Shown one piece after another: positions 22,698 through 32,251 of a DNA stretch of 32,251 nucleotides. Positions within the stretch are counted from its first letter, which is position 1; the number at the start of each line of letters is the position of its first letter. The position numbers were made by a program, and so were the translations under genes. The DNA comes from Octopus bimaculoides (lineage: Eukaryota). The notes under the pieces are model-generated. The model was not told the origin of the DNA, made no database searches, and saw only the letters and a program-made list of their open reading frames with translations. The DNA lies in contig NC_068981.1 in the NCBI RefSeq assembly GCF_001194135.2, positions 9,431,844 through 9,464,094 on the forward strand, read 5' to 3'.

Positions 22698-23143
22698 ATC
22701 ATCATCATCATCATCGTTTAATGTCCGCTTTCCATGCTAGCATGGGTTGGACGATTTGACTGAGGACTGGCGAACCAGATGGCTGCACCAGGCTCCAATC
22801 CGATCTGGCAATGGTTCTACAGCTGGATGCCCTTCCTAACGCCAACTACTCCGAGAGTGTAGTAGGTGCTTTTACATGCCACTGGTACGAAGGCCAGTCA
22901 GGCTGTTCTGGCAATGGCCACGCTCAAAATGGTGTATTTTACGTGCCACCTGCTATGGAGCCAGTCCAGCGGCACTGGCAACGATCCCACTTGAATGTCT
23001 TTTCATGTGCCACTGGCACAAGTGCCAGTAAGGCAACGCTGGTAACGATCACGCTCAAATGGTGCTATTTACGTGCTATTGGCATGGAAGCCAGACAGCT
23101 GCTCTGGCAATGATCACGCTCGGACAGTGCTCTTAGCACTTCA
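22698..23143 (-). mobile_element. RTE 3' end
   Basis: (atc)6 tail and about 440 nt of reverse-complement 3'UTR. Confidence 0.88.
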
Positions 23144-23289
23144 CTTAGCCCCAACAGGTCTTGTTTTGTAATTATTTATCAAATATATTACCTATGTTTT
23201 GCTGTGGTTGAGAAGATACTTCAAGCGCTAAATAAAATCATGGTTGTCCTTGCATATAAGCTTGTCCCCTACATCCCTCTTCTGCTGAC

Positions 23290-23527
23290 CGCTCCTAATC
23301 TTGCAGGCTGGTGGGTGCTGGTGCCACATTAAGAAGGATCCATACCAGTGCCACATAAAGGCACCTGTGCTGGTGCTGCATAAAAGTGCCCAGTGCACTC
23401 TGTAAAGTGGTTGGTGCAAGGAAGCACATCCAGCTGTAGAAACCATGCCAGACATGGAGCCTGGACAGCTGCTATCAAACTGTCCAACCCATGCCAGCAT
23501 GGAAAACCGACATTAAATGATGATGTT
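23290..23527 (+). mobile_element. RTE 3' end, diverged
   Basis: 3'UTR similarity and gat tail. Confidence 0.7.
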
Positions 23528-23796
23528 TCAATTTAGCTAAAATTGAAGTTTTTGGTTCCACAATGGTTGAAGTTCTGTCAGTTTTATGCAATTACTCCAT
23601 CCTTTATCTTGCTCCTTTTACTTGATTCGGTCATTGGACTGTGGCCATGCTGGAGCACTGCCTTGAATGAATTGACCCTCACAACTTATTTTCTAAGTCT
23701 GGTACTTATTCTGTTTGTCTCTTGCCGAACCACTAAGTTATGGGGGCATAACACAAAGACGCACACAACAGGTTTCTGTTTTCTTTTTTTTCTTTT

Positions 23797-24114
23797 AGAG
23801 GGGCACTCTGTTGGTTACGACGATGAGGGTCCCAGCTGATATGGTCAACGGAACAGCTTGCTCATGAAATTAACGTGCAAGTGGCTGAGCACTCCACAGA
23901 CACGTGTACCCTTAACGTAGTTTTCAGGGAGATTCAGCATGACACAGAGTGTGACAAGGCCGGCCCTTTGAAATACAGGTACTACTCACTTTTGCCAGCT
24001 GAGTGGACTGGAGCAACGTGAAATAAAGTGTCTTGCTCAAGGACACAACACGTCGTGGGGAATTGAACTCACGACCTTACAATCGTGGGCCGAATACCCT
24101 AACCACTAAGCCAC
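23797..24114 (-). mobile_element. tRNA-derived SINE (family S3)
   Basis: Minus strand has A box TGGCTTAGTGG and B box GTTCAATTCC. Partial copies near 22320-22480 and 27640-27740. Confidence 0.75.
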
Positions 24115-24347
24115 ATTTCTACACAGTCTCCGTCTACCAAATTTATTCTCAAGGCATTGGTTGGCCTGGAGCTATATTAGAAGACACCTGCCCATGGTGC
24201 CCCATGGTGGGACTGAACCTAGAATCATGTTATTTAAGAGTTTATAAGTTCTATCTCATCTTGCTACCTAAATATATATTGCTATGTTTATAAACAGAAT
24301 TGAATCATAATGAAAACTTGTTACTTTGATGGCCTTTTATTTTGTAG

Positions 24348-24426
24348 GTATGTTATTTTGGACACACCTGGTCAAATTGAAGTATTCACTTGGTCAGCAT
24401 CTGGAAGTATTATCACAGAGGCTCTT
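24348..24426 (+). CDS. GPN1: GPN-loop GTPase 1, exon with the G3 motif ([26 protein letters not shown])
   Basis: [15 protein letters not shown] is diagnostic for GPN1. tttgtag acceptor and gtaagt donor, 79 nt. Confidence 0.96.
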
Positions 24427-24467
24427 GTAAGTAAATCCATACAGTATCATGTATTATTTTAAATATT

Positions 24468-24850
24468 TCATCATCATCATCATCATTTAACGTCCGTTGT
24501 CCATGCTGGCATGGGTTGGACAGTTTGGTTGGGCTGGCACACTGGAAGGCTGCACCAGACTCCATTCTGATTTAGCATGGTTTTCTATGGGTGGTTGCCC
24601 TTTCTAATGCCAACCACTCTGAGAGTGTAATGAGTGCTTTTCTGTGCCACCAGCATGGGTGCTATATGCATGACACCAGGTACTTTTATGTGCCACTGGC
24701 ACAGGTGCCAATTTGCATGACACTGATATCTGTCACAACTGTGATTTTGCTTGGCTTGTTGGGTCTTCGTCTCAAGCACGACATCATGCCAAAGGTCTTG
24801 GTCATTGCCTCCGTGAGGCCCAACACTCAAAAGGAACTCAGCCACTTTGT
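24468..24850 (-). mobile_element. RTE 3' end
   Basis: (cat)6 tail, 3'UTR and the ORF end in reverse orientation. Confidence 0.8.
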
Positions 24851-24957
24851 TTTTGTATTTGGTTTTCAAGATCCTTGGTGTGAATTCATGGTTGAAACAG
24901 ATTTTATTGTATATTGAGAGAGCCGTTATGCTTACAGATTGTTTGATTAATATAGCA

Positions 24958-25390
24958 CAGGAGTGGCTGTGTGGTAAGTAGCTTGCTTACCAACCACATT
25001 GTTCCAGGTTCATTCCCACTGTGTGGCACCTTGGGCAAGTGTCTTCTACTATAGCCTCGGGCCGACCAAAGCCTTGTGAGTGGATTTGGTAGACGGAAAC
25101 TGAGAGAAGCCTGTCGTATGTATATGTATGTATATGTTTGTGTGTCCGTGTTTGTCCCCCAGCATCGCTTGACAACTAATGCTGGTGTGTTTACGTCCCC
25201 TTAACTTAACGGTTCGGCAAAATAGACCGATAGAATAAGTACTAGGCTTCCAAAGAATAAGTCCTGGGCTTGATTTGCTCGACTAAAGGNNNNNNNNNNA
25301 AGAATAAGTCCTGGGCTTGATTTGCTCGACTAAAGGCGGTGCTCCAGCATGGCCACAGTCAAATGACTGAAACAAGTAAAAGTAAAATTA
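24958..25390 (+). mobile_element. SINE (family S2) with CORE-like centre and 3' tail module
   Basis: Head gagtggctgtgtggtaag...ggttcattcc, centre caccttgggcaagtgtcttctac. Related copies at 17957, 29280 and 29615. Confidence 0.7.
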
Positions 25391-25849
25391 TTTGGTCAGT
25401 CAGTCAATCATCTTGGTTTGCCTGATTGATTGATTGATTGACTGAATGATTGATCAAACAATTGATTATTTAAGTGGTTAAACAGTTAAGTACTTGACTG
25501 ATAATAATAACCCTTTCTGCTATCGGCACAAGGCCTGAAGTTTTTGGGGAGGGGACTAGTCGATTTCATAGACTCCAGTGTTCAACTGGTACTCTCATCT
25601 ACCCCTCCCAAAAAAAAAGATGAAAGACAAAGTCAACCTCAACCAAATTTGAACCCAGATCATAAGATGGACGAAGTGCTACTAAGCATTTTGTCTGGTG
25701 TGTTAACAGTTCTGCCAGTGTGTGTTTCTTATTGGCATGATGGCCCTCCCACTATACAACAAAATTATTTAAAATCATTATGAATTATCGGAATGCTGAT
25801 AGCATTGTCAAAAGTTCAAACTCTGCCTCAGTTATGCTCTAAAGCTCAC

Positions 25850-26250
25850 AGGCAAAGTACCTTATTTCATTTGCTGCAAAGACCTGTTGGGGCAAGTGAA
25901 AGCAAAATCGTGATGGCTCCTGTGCCCAGCATCACCTTCCAGGCACATATAAGACATTCGAGCGAGATCGTTGCCAGTGCCGCTGGACTGGCTCCTGTGC
26001 AGGTGGCACGTAAAATACACCATTTTGAGCATGGCCGTTGCCAGTACCGCCTGACCGGCCTTTGTGCTGGTGGCACATAAAAGCATCCACTACATTCTCG
26101 GAGTGGTTGGCGTTAGGAAGGGCATCCAGCTGTAGAAACGCTGCCAAATCAGATTGGAGCCTGGTGTAGCCATCTGGTTCACCAGTCCTCAGTCAAATCA
26201 TCCAACCCATGCTAGCATGGAAAGCGGACGTTAAACGATGATGATGATGT
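25850..26250 (+). mobile_element. RTE 3' end
   Basis: High similarity to 9620-10148, with (gat)n tail. Confidence 0.88.
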
Positions 26251-26625
26251 ATGTGGTTGTCAACATACATATTTCAGTGTTTAGCTCAAATATGAAGATT
26301 TCAGTTGTAAAATAATTTGCTCAATACTCAAACATCATGTTACAATTTTATCGTCAGAATTGGTTAAAAAAAGCAAAAAAGAAAACAGAACAATACAGTT
26401 GTGGAATATTAATTTCCAAAGCTTCTTTTAAGACATTGAAATCATTTTTTAAGGTTATTTTCTTTTGTTCATTTCATTTTGGAAATATACTCCATTTTCT
26501 GGTCTACTAATTGATGCAGTCTAATAGCGTTAACATGATTTGTAAACGTCCAAACACCGTTACTATTTTGCCAAATCCTGCTGCATTTCACATGGAATTT
26601 TTGATCCTCCAAAGTTGCCTTGGTG

Positions 26626-26744
26626 TATAAATATGCATCCACTGCGACCAACATATATCCAGAAATGTAGTGCAGCTTCTTCAAAGACTGACAAAGAACC
26701 AGGACTTCAGATGCAGTAAAGATATACCAGAATAGTTAAGTAGC
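26626..26744. repeat. Left arm of a 119-bp inverted repeat
   Basis: Reverse complement of 27886-28004, ungapped, 15 mismatches by manual count. Confidence 0.9.
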
Positions 26745-26970
26745 TCTTTCGCTGTAAATTTAAGTCTGAAAAATTCGATTTGTATTCCAGAAAAAATGGT
26801 AAGTCAAGTTATAGGATAAACGTTGCTTGTATTCAGAATTGTCACGAAACTTGATTGTATTTAATTAAATCTCTAAATTTAATTAGCTCTCATTTTCCTC
26901 CTTATAATTTAATATTTAGTTTTGTGATATTTTGAAGAAAGTATTAATTAAAATTTTCGTATATTTGGAG

Positions 26971-27083
26971 GCATCTTCATTTCCTCACGCAGTCTCAGTC
27001 CCGTCACATTTATGTCCAACATGCTCTACGCCTGCAGTATCCTGTACAAATCTAAGTTGCCATTTATTGTTGTGATGAACAAA
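26971..27083 (+). CDS. GPN1: GPN-loop GTPase 1 exon with an apparent 28-nt frameshifting deletion
   Basis: ASSFP in one frame, then [32 protein letters not shown] in another, donor gtaagt. 113 nt against 141 nt expected. Confidence 0.9.
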
Positions 27084-27412
27084 GTAAGTAAATCATCATC
27101 ATCATCATCGTCATTGTTTCATCATCTCATTGATTTTTGTGATGGTTTTGTGACTGGGTTAGATCAGTGGTTCTCAACTGGGGTCCACATAAGATTCTGT
27201 TGTTAAAATTTTATGTGCAATAAATTGGTTATATTTCTACAATACACAAAATATTTAGTTTTTTTTTTTATACAAAACCTAATAGCCACAGTTTATGTTC
27301 CTAACACTAGCTTAATGATGACTAAGTTATTTTACTAAATTCTTCACAGAGCATCTCAAAATAAATACAGTAACGAAAGGGTTAAAATGTATAATAGAGA
27401 AACGATTCATAA

Positions 27413-27632
27413 CCCTTTTGATACCAACCCGGCTGAAACTGGCTCTGGCTTTGAGTACAAATGTCTTGTTTCCATAAGTTTTGAATTAAAATCTTCCACC
27501 AAACCTTAGTCACAATTTATGTTGCTAACACTTACTGAATGATAACTAAGTTATTTTACTAAATTCTTTGTTATATTTAAAGTAATCGAATGAAACGCAG
27601 AACATCTCAACAGAAATACAGTAACAAAAGGG
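27413..27632. mobile_element. 220-bp piggyBac-like MITE
   Basis: CCCT...AGGG termini with ataa/ttaa flanks. Similar to 30197-30417. A partial copy lies at about 27285-27381. Confidence 0.75.
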
Positions 27633-27885
27633 TTAATGTAGTTCTCAAGGAGATTCCTATGTAACACACAGTGTAACAAGGTTAACCCTTTGAACTACAA
27701 GTACACCTCATTTTTGCCAGCTGAGTGGACTGGAGCAATGTCCAGTTACTATTCTAGTTACTATATTTTCCACTAAAACTATTACTTTGTCCATCTGCAG
27801 TACTAATTAGGTCACCTACCAACATGAAGTCTTATACCTGGTTAGCTATCTGAGCAATTTAAAGACTCATTTCATGGAAACTTCT

Positions 27886-28004
27886 GCTACTTAATTACTC
27901 CTGTATATCTTTGTTATATCAGAAGTCCTGGTTCTTTGTCGGTCTTTGCAGAAGCTGCACTGCATTTCTGGGTATCTGTTGGTCGCAGTGGATGCGTATT
28001 TATA
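27886..28004. repeat. Right arm of the 119-bp inverted repeat
   Basis: Reverse complement of 26626-26744. Confidence 0.9.
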
Positions 28005-28699
28005 AGTTCTTGGAGCATTTTCAGGAGCTCATTCACTGATTCTGCAATAAGATCCAGCTTGTAAAAAGTTTCCAAAGATATTCTGAACTTCTGCTTTTCT
28101 CGTCTTAAGATTTTTTAAGGAATTGAAGGAAGTGCAAAAACAATGTCCCAATAAACCAACACACATTGATTTCTTCGAATTCCTCCCCTATGTCATCCAT
28201 CGACACTTAATGTCCTTAGAACGTGAGAACGGACCTCCCATGTATTTTCTTTCCTCTTCACTTTATTATATATGACTATATTTCTTACATTCTTCCGGTA
28301 TACTTAAATTAGATCAAATTTAGTAAAATCGTCACGAGTTGTCTCCCATGCTTGCATAATTGCTATTTATAATTCTGGTCATTATCTAATGTATTTTTCT
28401 CATTACTTAATTTTTCTAATTTGCTTTTTGATAGTCATTGATTAAATATGTTAACATCAGCTTCTAAAATACAGAATGTTATAAACCGTCATTAGTTTTT
28501 TTGCTTGTACCTCAAAGTCTTTTTCTATAGAAAATTAATCTTGTAACTTGTAAATACAAACACTTCAGTTTATAAATGAATGTTAAATAGAAATTTGGCT
28601 CATGATGTGTTTATACATAATGTTAAATAAAATATATGTTATGAATATTATATATGTTTAATGTCTCCTTTGATATAATAATCATTAATATAATATGCA

Positions 28700-28880
28700 A
28701 ACAAAGTGGTAAGATGGCATCTTTTCGTCCTTTATATTCTGAATGCAAATTTTGCCTAGGTTGACTTAGCCTTTCATCCTTTCAAGGTTGATAAAAAAAG
28801 TACCAGTTGAGTACTGGGGTCGACATAATCGACTTAGCTCCTCTCCACAATTGCTGGCCTTGTTCTAACATTTGAAACCA
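28700..28880 (+). mobile_element. SINE family S1, diverged
   Basis: ttgacttagcctttcatcctttc...gtaccagttgagtactggggtcgacataatcgac matches the S1 body. Confidence 0.6.
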
Positions 28881-29397
28881 GTGTAATATGCAAAATCTCA
28901 TTTCATTGGGTTCCCCTATTTATTGGTAAAGTAGAGTGGTTGTGTAACTCTGTACAAGAGTGAATCTTCTGGTAGATCGCTGTGAACTGGCTCATTGGGC
29001 CACTCTTTGAGCTCAGATGTTTAACAAGGTTGTTATTCATAAGATTGCGTATTTGAAACAATAGTTTATAAAGCAATTACAAAGGCTCATGTACATTTAT
29101 TCTCTTTAACACTTTAGCATTTAAACTGGCCCTATCGGCCCAAATATCTTAATTGTTCAGTGTTCAAACTGGCCCCTTCCAACCTCTCTCATCAAGTCCA
29201 CCATCTCATTCTAAAAATAAGCAGTCACATCATTGAAATCTCAAAGCTATGATATAATAGCATGATTAACCCAAAACAATAGGTTCAGTCCCACTGTGTG
29301 ACACTTTGGGCAGGTCTCTTATACTTTGGCCATGGGCCAACTGAAGCCTTGTGAATGGATTCGGTAAATGGAAACATAAAGAAACCTGTAGTTTTAT

Positions 29398-30135
29398 CAT
29401 CATCATTGTTATTATCATTTAACGTCCGTTTTCCATGCTAGCATGGGTTGGACAGTTTAACCAGAGCTGGTAAAGCCAGAGGCCACACTGGGCTCCATTG
29501 TCTGTTCTGACAAGGTTTCTACGGCTGGATGCCCTTCCTAATGACAACCATTCCACAGAGTGTACTGGGTGCTTTTTATGTGGCACCAGCACCAGTATCA
29601 ATTCTGCTGTACAGCACGGAACCTTGAACAAGTGTCTGTTACTATAGCCTCAGGCTGACCAAAGCCTTGTGAGTGAATTTGGTAGACAGAAACTGAAAGA
29701 ACCTCATCGTATATGTGTGTGTGTGTCTTTGTCCCCACCCTATTGCTTGACTTTAGTGTTGGTGTGTTTATGTCCCTGTAACTTAGTGGTTTGGCAAAAG
29801 AAATTGACAGAATAAGTATTAGGTTTCAAAAAAAGGTCCTGGGGTCGATTCATTTGACTAAAATTCTTCAAGGTGGTGCCCCAGCATGGCCACAGTCTAA
29901 TGACTGAAAAATGTAAAAGATATATATGTGTGATTTTGTGTTTGTCCCACACAGCCACTTGACTAGCAATGTTGGTGTGTTTACATCCCTGTAACTTAGG
30001 AGTTCAGCAAAAGAGACAAAAATATAAAAAGTACCAGATTTGAAAAAGATAAGTTCTGGGGTCAATTCGTTTGACAAACTGTTCTTCAAGGCAGTGCCCC
30101 AGCATGGCCGCATTCTAATGACTGAAACAAATAAA
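29398..30135. mobile_element. RTE 3' end (-) followed by S2 SINE and two tandem tail modules (+)
   Basis: RTE tail 29398-29610. Module 29745-29915 is repeated at 29935-30135. Confidence 0.65.
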
Positions 30136-30196
30136 AGAAAAGATAAAAATAAGCCTTTACATTTGACACAGTAATCTGAATGCCAAAGGGATTTGA

Positions 30197-30417
30197 CCCT
30201 TTCATTACCAATCTGGCTGAAACTGGCTCTGGCTCTGAGTACAAATGTCTTGTTTTCATAAGTTTTGAATCAAAATTTCCCACCAAACTTTAGTCACAAT
30301 TTATGTTCCTAACACTAGCTTAATGATAACTAAGTTAATTTTACTAAATTCTTTGTTATATTTAAAGTAATTGAAAGAAATACAGAGCATCTCAACAGGA
30401 ATACAGTAACGAAAGGG
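30197..30417. mobile_element. 221-bp piggyBac-like MITE
   Basis: ttga-CCCT...AGGG-ttaa. Same family as 27413-27632. Confidence 0.75.
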
Positions 30418-30528
30418 TTAACCTCTCTCCATCTGTCCCGTAGCCTGTATGCTATCTACACGGATACATTTTAGCTCCTTCATTACCCATTGTTTCTCTT
30501 GTTTTTTTTTTCTTTTTTTTTGGTGCAG

Positions 30529-30675
30529 ACAGATATTGTGAGCCATGAATTTGCAGTGGAATGGATGACTGACTTTGAGACTTTTGAAGAAGCCTTACAG
30601 AATGAAACTTCATACATTTCAAACTTGACAAGGTCTATGAGTTTAGTCTTGGATGAATTTTACACTAACCTTAAG
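30529..30675 (+). CDS. GPN1: GPN-loop GTPase 1, internal exon ([49 protein letters not shown])
   Basis: Long T-tract acceptor, AAG|gtaaat donor, 49 codons. AVEWM.DF and [15 protein letters not shown] are diagnostic. Confidence 0.96.
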
Positions 30676-30708
30676 GTAAATCAGAGTTTACTTCTTCAAT
30701 GTACATCT

Positions 30709-31288
30709 TCATCATGATGATGATCATCATCATCATCATCATCATCATATGACCTTTTTGCCCATACTAGCATGGGTTAGATGGTTTGACAAGAACAGTG
30801 GGCCTCACCGAAGCGATGACAAGTGACGGAGACCTTTGGAGATATGCTGTGCTTGAGAAGACCCGGCAAGCCAAGTAAGACTGTAACTGTGGCCTATGCC
30901 AGTGCAGTATAACCAACCCATTTAAGAGTACCCTTCAATCATTGAGCAATAAACTGCACTTGCGAAGACCTGTTGAGGCAAGTGAAGTCGTCGTCGTGGC
31001 TGATGACAGTACTCTGATTGGCACTCGTGCTGGTGGCATGTAAAAAGCACCATTTGAGCGTGGTTGTTGCCAGTGTCGCCTGACTAGCTCCTGTGCCAGT
31101 GGCACATAAAAAGCACTATTCAAGTGTGGCCAATGCCAGTACTGCCTGACTGGCCCTCGTGCCAGTAGCACTTAAAAAGCACTCACGGAGTGGTTGGCAT
31201 TAGGCCTCCTGGCTTGCCAGTCCTCAATCAAACCATCCGACTCATGCCAGCATGGAAAGCGGACAGTAAATGATGATGATGATGATGG
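30709..31288. mobile_element. Back-to-back RTE 3' ends: short (-) copy joined to a longer (+) copy
   Basis: (atc)n tail plus about 45 nt reverse-complement UTR to about 30800, then ORF end, UTR and (gat)n tail on +. Confidence 0.75.
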
Positions 31289-31672
31289 TACTTATTTTAA
31301 CGGCCCTATAAAAGATGAAAGACAAAGTCAACCTCGGCAGAATTTGAACTCAGGACGTGAAGATGGATGAAATACCAACTTGTTGCCTTAATAATAACAG
31401 CTAGCTGACCCTGTGGATATTCCGTGATTTGATTAGAAGCGACCATCTAGTGTTAAATTATCATCTGTGTTTGCATGTGTGTGCCAAGAGCATTTGTATT
31501 TGTGTGTGTACCAATAGTTTATATCTGTGTGAGTGCGTGTCTGTTTCTAGCACAGATATTTATCATCTCACCACTTTAATCTAATATAAGATAAATTGAT
31601 AGGAAGATGTGTGTGTGTGTGTATGCCTGTAACATTTGTGTGAATCTCTCTTTTTCTTTCCCTCTCTGTCAT

Positions 31673-31710
<38 letters not shown>

Positions 31711-32039
31711 ACTTTACTATCTCCTTTCCACAATATGACAGATTAACACCACAGATTGTTTACACAGATCTGTCATTAGATTATTGCTGTTGCCCTAAGG
31801 GTCAATAATCCAAGAACCACCAGTTGGGGGTCAGTGTAACCCTTTCCTTATGATTCTTCTTTCCTGTCTTTCTTTTATCTCATTTCGGAAAAGATGGCCG
31901 ACTGTAGCAAGAGTGTTGAGAATAAATGAACCTGTTTGAGCGAGAAATTAAAGAGTTTAACAAAGGGTTCAGTGTTGGAATGTGGTTTGTGGGGTCGGCC
32001 ACGTGCCTCACTTTATAATTATGTTTTTCATTCATTTCT

Positions 32040-32251
32040 TATTTCTTCACTGCCCACAAGGGGCCACAAACGAGGGCAAGCAAAGGGATTAAGTCGATTA
32101 TATCGACCTCAGTGTGTAACTGGTACTTATTTAATCGACCCAGAGAGAATGAAAGGCAAAGTCGACCTCGGCGGAATTTGAACTCAGAATGTAGCTGCAG
32201 ACGAAATACCGCTAAGCATTTCGCCTGGCGTGCTAACTTTTCTGCCAGCTC
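32040..32251 (-). mobile_element. tRNA-type SINE family S1, near-intact
   Basis: Minus strand starts gagctggcagaaaagttagcacgcc and has B box GTTCAAATTCC at 32173-32183. Confidence 0.75.

Noticed and set aside
23797-24114. A/B-box sequences as tRNA genes
   Set aside because: No full cloverleaf. The boxes head multi-copy SINE bodies.
25255-25336. 36-bp direct repeat on both sides of a 10-N gap
   Set aside because: Identical copies flanking a minimal gap indicate an unmerged contig overlap.
27165-27285. hAT-like terminus cagtggttctcaactgggg
   Set aside because: Only one end is visible, with no partner TIR or TSD.
31401-31592. Possible small non-autonomous Helitron (CTAG end on the minus strand; similar TC start near 7399)
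   Set aside because: Subterminal hairpin is poor and the A|T target site is not met.
1-32251. CRISPR arrays, rRNA or prokaryotic systems
   Set aside because: No regularly spaced repeat-spacer structure or rRNA-like sequence. The DNA is intron-rich eukaryotic sequence.

Overview
AT-rich, repeat-dense animal genomic DNA with eight N-gaps. The repeat families resemble octopus/cephalopod repeats, but that is recall, not verified. Two host genes face away from each other. (1) On the + strand, four internal exons of GPN-loop GTPase 1 (GPN1) at 22644-22681, 24348-24426, 26971-27083 and 30529-30675. The 5' exons (P-loop, GPN motif) are not visible, and the third exon has an apparent 28-nt frameshifting deletion. 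(2) On the - strand, an unidentified gene with a clear first coding exon at 19581-19474 and weaker candidate exons near 3.8, 2.7 and 1.7 kb. The rest is mobile DNA: RTE LINE fragments with many 5'-truncated (GAT)n-tailed 3' ends, a CR1-group LINE, a complete but dead mariner, a Helitron helicase remnant with nested insertions, several tRNA-type SINE families and MITE/foldback elements. The most unusual observations are three. Each of the four GPN1 donor sites is followed within about 50 nt by an (ATC)n tract, mostly antisense RTE tails, which reads as a YCAY cluster on the pre-mRNA. A 119-bp inverted repeat brackets the frameshifted exon. ETS-type motifs sit in the arms of a TIR element between the two genes. 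Repeat boundaries are approximate unless defined by a TIR or TSD.
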